A stretch of 64,000 nt of DNA from an uncultured cyanobacterium (GTDB lineage: Bacteria; Cyanobacteriota; Cyanobacteriia; Cyanobacteriales; CAWCAG01). How positions within the stretch are numbered: position 1 is the stretch's first letter; every line of letters begins with the position of its first letter. Below are positions 37,037-45,666 of the stretch, piece after piece. The DNA lies in contig CAWDOD010000004.1 of NCBI GenBank assembly GCA_963803805.1, forward strand, positions 427,108 through 491,107, written 5' to 3'. The notes below the pieces were generated by a model that saw nothing but the letters and a program-made list of their open reading frames with translations, made no database searches and was not told where the DNA came from. The position numbers were made by a program, and so were the translations under genes.

Positions 37037-39205
37037 CTATTCAGTATTCAGTACGTTTTCGATCCAAAAGCGACTACCCTCTCCTAATGTCGATTCTACT
37101 CCGGCACTTCCCCCCAGACGTTCCATACCTCGGCGAACAATGGCCAAACCAATTCCAGTGCCGGGATAGGTTTCGTTGCCATGCAAGCGTTCAAAAACCT
37201 GGAAAATACGCTCTTGATGTTCTGGGCTAATACCAATACCGTTATCGACTACCCAAAGCCTAACTAAGCCATCATGTTCAGTAGCCCTAATTCTGACCAC
37301 TGGTGTTTTTCCCCCCGCGACAAACTTGAGGGCATTACTAATTAGGTTACTGACAACCTGTACCAAAACTGTACGATTGCCAAGCATTTCTGATAAAGAT
37401 TCTTCGACAATTATTTGTGCTTGTCTGGCTTTAATCTCTTTGTTTAAAGGCATAATCGCCTCGGAAACAACATTATTGAGGTCAACCCCATAGAGGCGCA
37501 TTTGAGTTTCACTGAGGCGAGAATAAGCCAGTAAATCTTGAATTAATTTGTCTAATTGCTGGGAAGAGTTGACTAAGCGAATGGCGTATTCTCGCCCCAA
37601 ATCATCGAGTCTATTGCCATAGTCTTCCAATATAGCAGTGGCAAAGCCTTGCAAAGAGCGTAGGGGCGCTCTAAGATCATGGGATACAGAATAAGTAAAA
37701 GCTTGTAATTCTTGGTTAACTTCTTCGAGTTGAGTAGTGCGTTGGGCGACACGCTCTTCTAATTCGCTAGTATAGCTCTGGATTTGCTGATACAAACGGG
37801 CTTGGTTAAGAGATATCGCTACTAGGTTACTTACTTCACTAGCAATGTCTATTTGCTCAGAAGTGATTTTTTCTGGCTGTTCTAACCATAGTTTGAGAAT
37901 ACCCAAGGTTTCGTCTCCCACTTGTAAAGGAAAGCCGATAAATTTATTAACTCCTTGAGTTTCTAAGCTAGACATTTCCGGGGAAGAGAAGAGAGAAACC
38001 TCTCCAGAGGCATAACTTGCTCCTTTTTGAAACTGCTCAATCATGGCTCCAAAAACATCAAGATTTTCCTGAAAACCCACCCCAGCTATACTTTCACCAC
38101 GTCCTTTAGTCATGAGGATTGTTGCAGTTTGCTCCTCAAAGTCAAAAGTAGCGATGGTAACTCGCTGACAGGAGATTAATTGCTCTATACGTTCAATGGC
38201 AATAGCAGCAATCTCCGCCGGTTTTTGCGCTGCTAGAATCGCTTTATCAAGTTGGTGTAAGCTTTCTAACCTTGTAATGGTTTGGCGGAGAGATTTTTCT
38301 AATTTCTTGCGCTTACTGACATCCTTAGCGATGGAAATTACCATGCGCCTACCATCAGATAATGTACCTAAAGGGGCTGAACTAAAATCCCAGACACGAG
38401 TTTTCCCTCTGGCAGTATTAATGGTAAATTCCCCTTCATTCACCCTGCGTTTTAAGTCGTAGAGTTGATTGATTGTTGTTTGTACAGTTTCTTGTTTTTT
38501 GCCGTAGGCTTTTTCTACCCATTTGCCAATGGTGGGGATGTCGGCCAAAGTATAACCTGTCAAATCTATCCAAGCTTGGTTAATTTGCAAAACTGTACCA
38601 TCTTCAGCATGGATAACAATGGGGTAGGGGGCATTCATAATCGCCCGACTTAAACGGGCTTCGCTTTCTTGTAGTGCTTTCCTAATGGCGATGCGATCGC
38701 TAATATCTTCGATTACGGAAATAAAATACTTAGGTTTCCCAGTTAAATCTCGGAAAAGGGAGACTGTTAGATCAATCCAAATAATTGAGCCATCTTTGCT
38801 AATGTAGCGTTTCTCCATAGAGTAATTGCTAATTTCCCCTGCTAACATTTGTTTCACATAACCTAAATCTGCGGCTAAATCTTGGGGATAAGTAACCTCT
38901 TGAAAAGTTTTCTCTAGTAATTCTTCGCGGCTGTAACCAATGATGCGACACATTTTCTCATTAACCCGCAACCAGCGCCCATCTAAGCCCACGTGGGCAA
39001 TACCAACAGCCGCTTGTTCAAAGGTACTCCGGAACCTTTCTTCACTTTCAGTGAGGGCAAGATCACTTTTTTGGGAATCCACCTTTTCTCGATGAATATT
39101 TGATTCCTGAAGTTGAGTTAGGGTGATGTTCTGCCATCGCAGTTTAAGAGCAAGATAGATGACTAAAATGATTAATAGGACAATAACAACGCTAGCAAAG
39201 ATCAC
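37037..39205 (-). CDS. sensor histidine kinase (TM - PAS - PAS - GAF - HisKA - HATPase)
   Basis: 722 aa. H box VSHDLRAPLRSL, DNGIGI, GTGIGLAIV, two PAS-like repeats. The GAF domain lacks a Cys-His bilin motif. Confidence 0.85.
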   Translation of the reverse strand: MIFASVVIVLLIILVIYLALKLRWQNITLTQLQESNIHREKVDSQKSDLALTESEERFRSTFEQAAVGIAHVGLDGRWLRVNEKMCRIIGYSREELLEKTFQEVTYPQDLAADLGYVKQMLAGEISNYSMEKRYISKDGSIIWIDLTVSLFRDLTGKPKYFISVIEDISDRIAIRKALQESEARLSRAIMNAPYPIVIHAEDGTVLQINQAWIDLTGYTLADIPTIGKWVEKAYGKKQETVQTTINQLYDLKRRVNEGEFTINTARGKTRVWDFSSAPLGTLSDGRRMVISIAKDVSKRKKLEKSLRQTITRLESLHQLDKAILAAQKPAEIAAIAIERIEQLISCQRVTIATFDFEEQTATILMTKGRGESIAGVGFQENLDVFGAMIEQFQKGASYASGEVSLFSSPEMSSLETQGVNKFIGFPLQVGDETLGILKLWLEQPEKITSEQIDIASEVSNLVAISLNQARLYQQIQSYTSELEERVAQRTTQLEEVNQELQAFTYSVSHDLRAPLRSLQGFATAILEDYGNRLDDLGREYAIRLVNSSQQLDKLIQDLLAYSRLSETQMRLYGVDLNNVVSEAIMPLNKEIKARQAQIIVEESLSEMLGNRTVLVQVVSNLISNALKFVAGGKTPVVRIRATEHDGLVRLWVVDNGIGISPEHQERIFQVFERLHGNETYPGTGIGLAIVRRGMERLGGSAGVESTLGEGSRFWIENVLNTE

Positions 39206-39222
39206 AAAAAAAGTGCCATTAG

Positions 39223-39411
39223 TTATGGAGGAAACTCATACTCTTCAGGATACCGAAATACAGAGGCTAATGACTTCAACATCCAACTACCCTGTCGCCC
39301 GTGACTTTCAAAATGATGTTGTACAACCCTCACAGGATATTGTTGAGCAATTTCTATAGTGCGATCGCCGCTAAAAGAATCTACAACAATAACATCATCT
39401 CTATCAACCAA
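39223..39411 (-). pseudogene. remnant of a family-2 glycosyltransferase gene
   Basis: Only about 35 residues (DDVIVVDSFSGDRTIEIAQQYPVRVVQHHFESHGRQ) match the GT2 N-terminal region. No upstream Rossmann start and no downstream catalytic part. Confidence 0.4.
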
Positions 39412-39567
39412 AATTCCTAAATCTTAAATCCGAAGCTTCCTTTTAGTTTAAAAAACCTTTGTTGGCACTTGGGTATGAATTAGGGTTTACATTTGTTTTC
39501 AGGGATAATCAAGAAATCACAGAAAATTTGTAAGCAATATAACTTATTAGTTATTAGTTGAGAATAA

Positions 39568-40573
39568 ATGCAGTTCATAGATCGAGCAGAAATAGAAGTA
39601 GAAGCTGGTAAAGGCGGCAATGGTATAGTCGCCTTTCGCCGGGAAAAATACGTCCCCGCAGGAGGTCCTGCAGGGGGTAATGGGGGGCGAGGTGGTTCAA
39701 TTTTCTTCAAAGCAGTAGAAAATTTGCAAACTCTGTTGGACTTTAAATATGCTCGTCATTTTAAAGCAGATGATGGTAAGCGAGGAGGGCCAAATAATCG
39801 TACCGGGGCATCAGGGGATGACTTAATTGTGGAAGTTCCTTGCGGTACAGTAATTTATGAGCTTGAGAGTGGAGAATTATTAGCAGATTTAGTTACCCCT
39901 CAACAAACCTTTTGCGCTGTCAAAGGAGGCAAAGGAGGCTTAGGAAATCAACATTTCTTAAGTAACAGCAATAGAGCGCCGGAATATGCCTTACCTGGTT
40001 TGCCAGGGGAGATTAAAAGTCTGCGCTTAGAATTAAAACTACTAGCAGAAGTGGGCATAATTGGCTTACCTAATGCGGGTAAGTCTACCTTGATTGCGGC
40101 CCTTTTCAGCAGCCCGTCCCAAAATAGCCGATTATCCCTTCACCACTTTAATACCTAACTTAGGTGTAGTTCGTAAACCGACTGGGGATGGTACTGTATT
40201 TGCAGATATTCCTGGTTTAATTGAGGGCGCTCATACAGGAGTAGGATTGGGTCATGACTTTCTACGCCATATCGAACGTACTCGTCTTTTATTGCACCTA
40301 ATTGATCTTACTGCAAGCGACCCCATTGCTGATTATCAAACTATTCAAGCAGAACTAAAAGCTTACGGCCACAGTTTAGCTGCTCGACAGCAAATTATTG
40401 GTTTAAATAAGTTGGATGCAGTAGACAAAGAAACCTACACCCTAATTGCCGAAGAAGTTTCGCAATTAACGGCTGCACCCATTTTTGGTGTTTCTGCGGT
40501 GGCAGGAATTGGGCTTGATGCTTTGTTGCAAAAGATTTGGCAAACTTTAGATGATTTGCCGGATACTCAATAG
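39568..40573 (+). pseudogene. obg: GTPase Obg/CgtA, reading frame broken by one extra base in a T run
   Basis: ORF 39568..40158 gives the Obg fold (Gly-rich GKGGNG, GGRGG) plus G1 [12 protein letters not shown] 40094..40573 (+1 frame) continues [15 protein letters not shown]...DIPGLIEGA...NKLD. Deleting one T of TTTT at 40103..40106 restores [21 protein letters not shown], about 334 aa. Confidence 0.85.
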
Positions 40574-40753
40574 TTTTTCCGGGACAACTACTTGATTTGC
40601 TTGGAAAAGGGCAAGTGTTATTTCTTTAGACAGTTAAGAGTCAGACAAAAATTATTTCTTCTGGCATAGAAAGCAAACTTAAGCCCAAGACATTTTTCGC
40701 TATATATAAAGATTGCTTTCGGTCAGTTTACAGGGAAAATTAGTTTGTGAAGT

Positions 40754-41290
40754 TTGCAAAAATGTCGAATGAATAAAATGAATAAAATAATTTCAGCTTA
40801 CAAACGTCTAGGATTGGCTCGGATTTTGAGCGTTTTCCTCGCAGGAGTCTTTTTATTGATCACTACAGCTTGCGGGGATTCATCTTCTCTTAATGCTTCA
40901 CCAGGAAATACAGATAAGGTAATTCCTAACCAAACTGAACTTTATGACACTATTCAACCTCGTGAAGGGGGAATGAATCAATATAGCGATACCGATCCTC
41001 GCCAAAACACCTCTGGGGTAAAAGCTAAGTCAAAAGCAGCTATGGACAAAGCAAAAAGCAATCTCAACAGATCAGAAAACCCTCAAGAATTTGCCGAAAG
41101 TTTTAAAAAAGGTGAACCAATAGGAGAAAGAGTTGAAAACTTCGGTGAGGATGTAGGTAGTTCGGTTAAAGATTTCTCAAGCAATGTTTCCGAAGGTGCG
41201 AAAAAGAATTTTGAAAATCTGCAAGAAAATATTAAATCAGCCCCAGAATCTTTGAGTGAGAAAGCTAAGGTACTTAAAGAGAATATGTAA
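40754..41290 (+). CDS. hypothetical lipoprotein
   Basis: Signal peptide with lipobox LITTAC. Hydrophilic Lys/Glu/Asn-rich mature part. Several candidate Met starts. Confidence 0.5.
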   Translation: MQKCRMNKMNKIISAYKRLGLARILSVFLAGVFLLITTACGDSSSLNASPGNTDKVIPNQTELYDTIQPREGGMNQYSDTDPRQNTSGVKAKSKAAMDKAKSNLNRSENPQEFAESFKKGEPIGERVENFGEDVGSSVKDFSSNVSEGAKKNFENLQENIKSAPESLSEKAKVLKENM

Positions 41291-41426
41291 GTCTAATCGA
41301 TAGGTAAAGGGTAAAGGAACATTTTTAACTACAAAAACTATCCTTTAACTTGCCTAGACATACTAGCTAATTTTCTGGCGTTGCTGAATTAAAGTTATGA
41401 ATTGCTTTTGTTGACTATAATTAATG

Positions 41427-41512
41427 CCCCCTAAATCCCCCAATTTAGGGGACTTTGAGTTTTGGGGGACTTGAAATTCTTTTCTCCCCCCAGATTCCGA
41501 GGGCAGGGGGAC
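41427..41512. repeat. G-run / C-run intergenic element
   Basis: CCCCTAAAT-ccccca-ATTTAGGGG hairpin. GGGGACTT occurs twice. Further CCCCCC and GGGGG runs follow. Confidence 0.45.
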
Positions 41513-41548
41513 AGAGTTATCTCGACGATCAGCAGTGCCATTTTTTTT

Positions 41549-41585
41549 TAATGTAGAGATATTTCTTAGAAATATCTCTACATTA
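41549..41585 (+). terminator. 37-nt perfect palindrome (candidate terminator or protein-binding site)
   Basis: TAATGTAGAGATATTTCT-T-AGAAATATCTCTACATTA verified base by base. Preceded by T9 and followed by TTATTTTGTTT. Lies 42 nt beyond the stop of the minus-strand haloperoxidase gene. Confidence 0.45.
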
Positions 41586-41626
41586 TTTTGTTTACTAATG
41601 GATAATTATCTATTGATAAAGCCCCT

Positions 41627-43639
41627 CTACAAATCGCACCAATTCACTTCTTGCCCATTTTCAGTAATGCAGCCATCCTTAATCTTTAACTCCCTACCTA
41701 AAAATGTCGTTAAGCTGAAGCTAGGACGAACATTTACTGGATAAATTTCGTAGGCTAAAGATTGTTCTAGCAAAATGCCAATAGCTACTTTTTCCCCCAT
41801 CACCAGGCTGTCGATATAGTCGGTGTAGTAATGTACCCCAGCCATATTTCGCCCCATGGAGATGTTGGCAGCAAGCTTGTTTAACTCATTCCCTACTGTT
41901 AAGGGTGTTTGTCCTAAATTCGTCGCTTCTCCCAGTTGCTTTCCCTCAGATACATAGGCAAGGGGTAGATCACTATCCTTCTGATACTTATCACGAGGAA
42001 TAATTGCTAAATTTCCCTCACGCTTCACCAACAAAGCATCAGTATCAAAAAAGGCTTTAAGCATAGTCACACAAGCCCCTGCAACGGTAGCGTGTCCTGC
42101 ACCATAGGATGGGTGCATTGGTGAACCTTCCGGGAAAGCCATGGGTAGTAAGGCGGTTTTATCTCCTATATTCTCATTAGGATGCTTGAGATATTTTCGC
42201 AGGTCATTCTTTTTCTCACTATTCTGCTCACCATTGTGTTCTTTGATAAGTTCGAGAAGGTTAATGCCTCCTTGGAGGGTATTGAGAACATCATATGTCT
42301 GCTGTAATTCCTCAATCCCTGTAATTTTGTTCAAGTTAATTGCTTCCATCCAACCCCCAAGGGCCTCTGGACGCTGGCGACAGTGGACGTTAAACTTTTG
42401 ATACCGTACTGCTTTCAGGGCGCGAGTTGCTACTTCTGTAACTAAGTTAAGAATGTGGGGACCACCAAACAAAGCGAAGCCATCAACTCTACCCAAACCA
42501 CTAGCACTCTTTTGTTTAGCTTGGTCTGAGAAAATATTACTAAGCTGTAAAATGCCTGGCTCGAAGGGTGCTTTGTGGCCTAGAAGAATTAAACAAGCAT
42601 TGAGATAAGCTTCGTAGAGAGCATCAAAGTGAACGTAGGTTGCGAGATCCCGCAGGGTAGTTATAAAGCGTTTATCCTGCTCAAATTTATCAAACCCCTT
42701 CAAATTGGCCCCATCTTGAACATCAAGAAAAACATCCCAGGTAGTCAGGTGATCCAGCCCTGAAAAGGCGAGAATGACCTTTTGCTCAACTTTTACTGCA
42801 CCATAGTCAATTAATCCCTTTGTAATATTTTCCTGGCTATTTTCAGGCCCAGGAGTACCAATAAGAAGAAACTGGGATAAATAAGGGCCAATTAAATCCC
42901 CTGATGTAGCACCTCGGAAAATAGTTTGCTCATCTAAGTACTTCTGAGAATTCAATTGGCGTTTACGTCGTTTTAAGCCCGGTGCAGTGGGCATCTCGTT
43001 TTGCATCCAGGGTAAGGAATTGAGGTGTTGGATCGCCTTTTGAACCTTGTCGTTACCAGTTCCTTTTTGCAACTCACTAAAATAAACATCCCGTAAAAGA
43101 GCTAGCCAGTAAACCTCTGCCATTTCAAAAGTGAGTTGCTCTGAACCCAATTTTGGGGCTGGGGGCATGGTGACGCTGTGGCTGTCGGGGCCGTGCATTT
43201 CAAAGGTTAAGCCTGCTGAGGAAGTTTCCCAACCTCGTTTTTTGACACGATCCTCAACACTTCGCCAACTAATTTCACCATTGGCTTCTGGGGTTTTACC
43301 AAGTTGTAATTGAGGATCATTAAAGAAATCACCTTTGTGGGTTGCTACGCGGAAACGTTTAAATTGTTCGGGTTCGACTAAACCGTTTTCCTTATGGGGT
43401 AGCCCTTTGGTAAAAGAAGCTACAAACGATTGGTTTTGGAATTTTGCTTCATCACCGTTGGCTTGGTGTTTAGCCCCACAGTTGGTTAGCCTTATTGCTT
43501 GCCACCGTAGCATTTTAACCCTGAGTTCCCGTAAATGCCTTAGCCCAAAGAAACCACCCAGAAAAAATTTGCGTACTAGGTTTTCTTTTTCTAGCTTCTC
43601 TCTGTCCAGGAAATCACTTAACTGATTGCTATTATTCAT
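41627..43639 (-). CDS. vanadium-dependent haloperoxidase homologue (algal bromoperoxidase type, PAP2 superfamily)
   Basis: 670 aa. KFNVHCRQRP (K-x7-RP), FPEGSPMHPSYGAGHATVAG and GRNMAGVHYYTD correspond to the three vanadate/phosphate-binding motifs. Confidence 0.8.
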   Translation of the reverse strand: MNNSNQLSDFLDREKLEKENLVRKFFLGGFFGLRHLRELRVKMLRWQAIRLTNCGAKHQANGDEAKFQNQSFVASFTKGLPHKENGLVEPEQFKRFRVATHKGDFFNDPQLQLGKTPEANGEISWRSVEDRVKKRGWETSSAGLTFEMHGPDSHSVTMPPAPKLGSEQLTFEMAEVYWLALLRDVYFSELQKGTGNDKVQKAIQHLNSLPWMQNEMPTAPGLKRRKRQLNSQKYLDEQTIFRGATSGDLIGPYLSQFLLIGTPGPENSQENITKGLIDYGAVKVEQKVILAFSGLDHLTTWDVFLDVQDGANLKGFDKFEQDKRFITTLRDLATYVHFDALYEAYLNACLILLGHKAPFEPGILQLSNIFSDQAKQKSASGLGRVDGFALFGGPHILNLVTEVATRALKAVRYQKFNVHCRQRPEALGGWMEAINLNKITGIEELQQTYDVLNTLQGGINLLELIKEHNGEQNSEKKNDLRKYLKHPNENIGDKTALLPMAFPEGSPMHPSYGAGHATVAGACVTMLKAFFDTDALLVKREGNLAIIPRDKYQKDSDLPLAYVSEGKQLGEATNLGQTPLTVGNELNKLAANISMGRNMAGVHYYTDYIDSLVMGEKVAIGILLEQSLAYEIYPVNVRPSFSLTTFLGRELKIKDGCITENGQEVNWCDL

Positions 43640-43813
43640 GATTCGCTTTGTTTAAAAGAATCCAAATGACCCAATAGTAGTAATCACATCTTGATGAGCT
43701 ATATGTGAGTTCACAAGACGCGATATTAATATTGCTCATCAACAGGAGTTATGTGAGTTCCGGGGTGGATATTAGAAGCAACATAAATCTTTACTTTTTT
43801 GCAAAGATGTGTA

Positions 43814-44626
43814 TTACTCCAAAAAGTTACTACTAATCAAATCTACTTGAAATACCTCAGCAAATGCTTCAGCTATATCTTGCTGCACTACCTCAAACTT
43901 AATTCCTTGTCTAAACTGAGCTAAACTAGCAACTGGTTTGTTGGCAATACCACAGGGAACAATGCGTTCAAAACCCGTAAGATCAGGACAGACGTTAAGG
44001 GCAAAACCGTGCATAGTAATCCAGCGACTAACTTTAATACCAATAGCCGCCACTTTATTTCCTTCTACCCAAACTCCTGTTAAACCAGGTTCCCGCACTC
44101 CAGGAAGCCCGTAATTTTTTAAGACTGTGATAATTACTTCTTCTAATTGGCGTAAATACCAATGCAAATCCTGCTGATAGTAACGCAGATTAAGAATAGG
44201 ATAACCGACTAGTTGCCCTGGACAGTGGTAGGTAACTTCTCCTCCTCGCTCGATACGATGAACTTCCCAATTGCTATAGTGAGGGGAAAATTTGAGAAAA
44301 TCTAATTTAGCTCCTTTGCCCAAGGTATAAACGGGGGGATGCTCTAACAATATAAGTACATCATTAAGGTTAGGGTTTTCTTTTCTTTGGGCAACTAAGG
44401 CAAGTTGTTCTTGCCAAGCAGTTTTATAGGCTGTTAAGCCTCGATTATATAGCACACATTGCCTGTTCAATTCAACAGCATTTATAGCTTTTACCTGGGA
44501 ATTTAGTTTAAAAAATGTCAAGGGATGCAAAGGATAATAAAGAGTATTTCCGGAAAATATGCTTTCATCTATACAAAGTGTTAAGCTAAGGTTATAGAGC
44601 AAGTTGTCAAGGAGGAAACTTCTCAA
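43814..44626 (-). CDS. lipB: lipoyl(octanoyl) transferase
   Basis: [29 protein letters not shown] and the KV..IG... region. The listed GTG start gives an overlong N-terminus; the real start is probably internal (a TTG near 44470 gives [12 protein letters not shown]). Confidence 0.85.
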   Translation of the reverse strand: MRSFLLDNLLYNLSLTLCIDESIFSGNTLYYPLHPLTFFKLNSQVKAINAVELNRQCVLYNRGLTAYKTAWQEQLALVAQRKENPNLNDVLILLEHPPVYTLGKGAKLDFLKFSPHYSNWEVHRIERGGEVTYHCPGQLVGYPILNLRYYQQDLHWYLRQLEEVIITVLKNYGLPGVREPGLTGVWVEGNKVAAIGIKVSRWITMHGFALNVCPDLTGFERIVPCGIANKPVASLAQFRQGIKFEVVQQDIAEAFAEVFQVDLISSNFLE

Positions 44627-44963
44627 ATCTCACTCCAAAGCTTAGCCAGAGTATAGCTGAAGAAGAACTATCTTTTTAGTTTAAACGCACATATTGCACA
44701 TATACATTCAAAGTCCTTTTTCAGACAAAATCATCTCACAGCCTAGTAAGAGTAGTAAAGTTGAGCTTTGTTGTCAAGATTTAGAGACAATTTTTATCTT
44801 CAATAAATGTTTCAATTAACCAATTTTCTTAGTTGGGGAAAGATATAGGCTTTATACCATATCAATGGCAAAGATTTAATTGAGTATCTCCAGCTTAAAA
44901 AGGAGACAGTTTTCTTCTTTGCTGCCAACAGAAAACTTAGCAGAACGAAATGGAGTATCCAAT

Positions 44964-45629
44964 ATGAAGCTTTTAATCCAGGGCAATAATATTGTAGTCA
45001 CCGATGCAATTCGTGAGTATGTTAATACCAAGTTAGAAAAATCTGTTCGACACTTTCAAAATATCACCAGTACTATTGATGTACACTTATCGGTAGGACG
45101 CAATCCCCGGATCACAGGCAGACAAAAAGCAGAGGTTACAGTTCATGCTAATGGTACTGTCATACGCGCTCAGGAGAGTAGCGAAGATTTGTACGCTAGC
45201 ATTGATTTGGTTTCTGATAAAATAGCCCGTCAGCTACGCAAGTATAAAGAAAAACATTTGCATAATAAGACTCATGCCCAACCTAAAACTGGGGTTATGA
45301 TTGAAGATGAGCCAGTGGTAGGAGATTTAGTGGGCGATCGCACCCCTGAATTACCTAGTGAGGTGGTACGGACAAAATACTTCACTATGCCACCAATGAG
45401 TATAGAGGAGGCTTTAGGCAATTTACAGTTAGTTGACCACGATTTCTATATGTTCTGCAACGAAGAAACAGGACAAATCAATGTTATTTACCAACGCAAT
45501 CATGGTGGTTATGGTGTGATTATACCCCGCCCTAGTAATAGTGAAAGCAATGGTAAGAATGGTAGTAATGGCCATGTTAAAGAAGCAGACTATGAATCAT
45601 TAGAGGCATATCCTGCTGCCCAGGTTTAG
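44964..45629 (+). CDS. hpf: ribosome hibernation promoting factor, long form (LrtA-like)
   Basis: [21 protein letters not shown]-terminus preceded by GGAG. C-terminal dimerisation domain ([17 protein letters not shown]...DHDFYMF). I place the start at 44964, not 44880. Confidence 0.9.
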   Translation: MKLLIQGNNIVVTDAIREYVNTKLEKSVRHFQNITSTIDVHLSVGRNPRITGRQKAEVTVHANGTVIRAQESSEDLYASIDLVSDKIARQLRKYKEKHLHNKTHAQPKTGVMIEDEPVVGDLVGDRTPELPSEVVRTKYFTMPPMSIEEALGNLQLVDHDFYMFCNEETGQINVIYQRNHGGYGVIIPRPSNSESNGKNGSNGHVKEADYESLEAYPAAQV

Positions 45630-45666
45630 GATTTAGGGTAGTAGCGGCAGTGGGGGAAAGAAGTTG

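Noticed and set aside
37900-38400. GAF domain of the 722-aa kinase as a bilin-binding (phytochrome or cyanobacteriochrome) photosensor, given the adjacent Rcp1-like regulator
   Set aside because: The GAF region has no conserved Cys-His (or DxCF) chromophore-attachment motif. The only Cys (ISCQRV) is not in the expected context.
39480-39710. 76-aa minus-strand ORF ([14 protein letters not shown]...) upstream of and overlapping the obg start
   Set aside because: It is the antisense reading of the Gly-rich Obg N-terminus ([12 protein letters not shown]). This is a low-complexity artefact.
40099-40110. Programmed +1 frameshift at CUU_U in obg (prfB-like)
   Set aside because: The slip site resembles prfB, but the next zero-frame codon is a sense codon (UUC) rather than a stop, and I see no SD-like stimulator at the right distance. 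A homopolymer indel error or mutation is the simpler explanation. I kept it as a footnote in the obg finding.
41535-41744. 69-aa plus-strand ORF
   Set aside because: It spans the 37-nt palindrome and runs antisense into the 3' end of the haloperoxidase gene. It has no RBS and its product is implausibly Phe/Leu-rich.
39412-45340. About 6 kb without a HIP1 site (obg to hpf, including the haloperoxidase) as evidence of a horizontally acquired island
   Set aside because: With a mean spacing of roughly 1.8 kb, a gap of this size is expected about once among ~36 intervals. The stretch also contains core genes (obg, lipB). This is not significant without a computed density profile.
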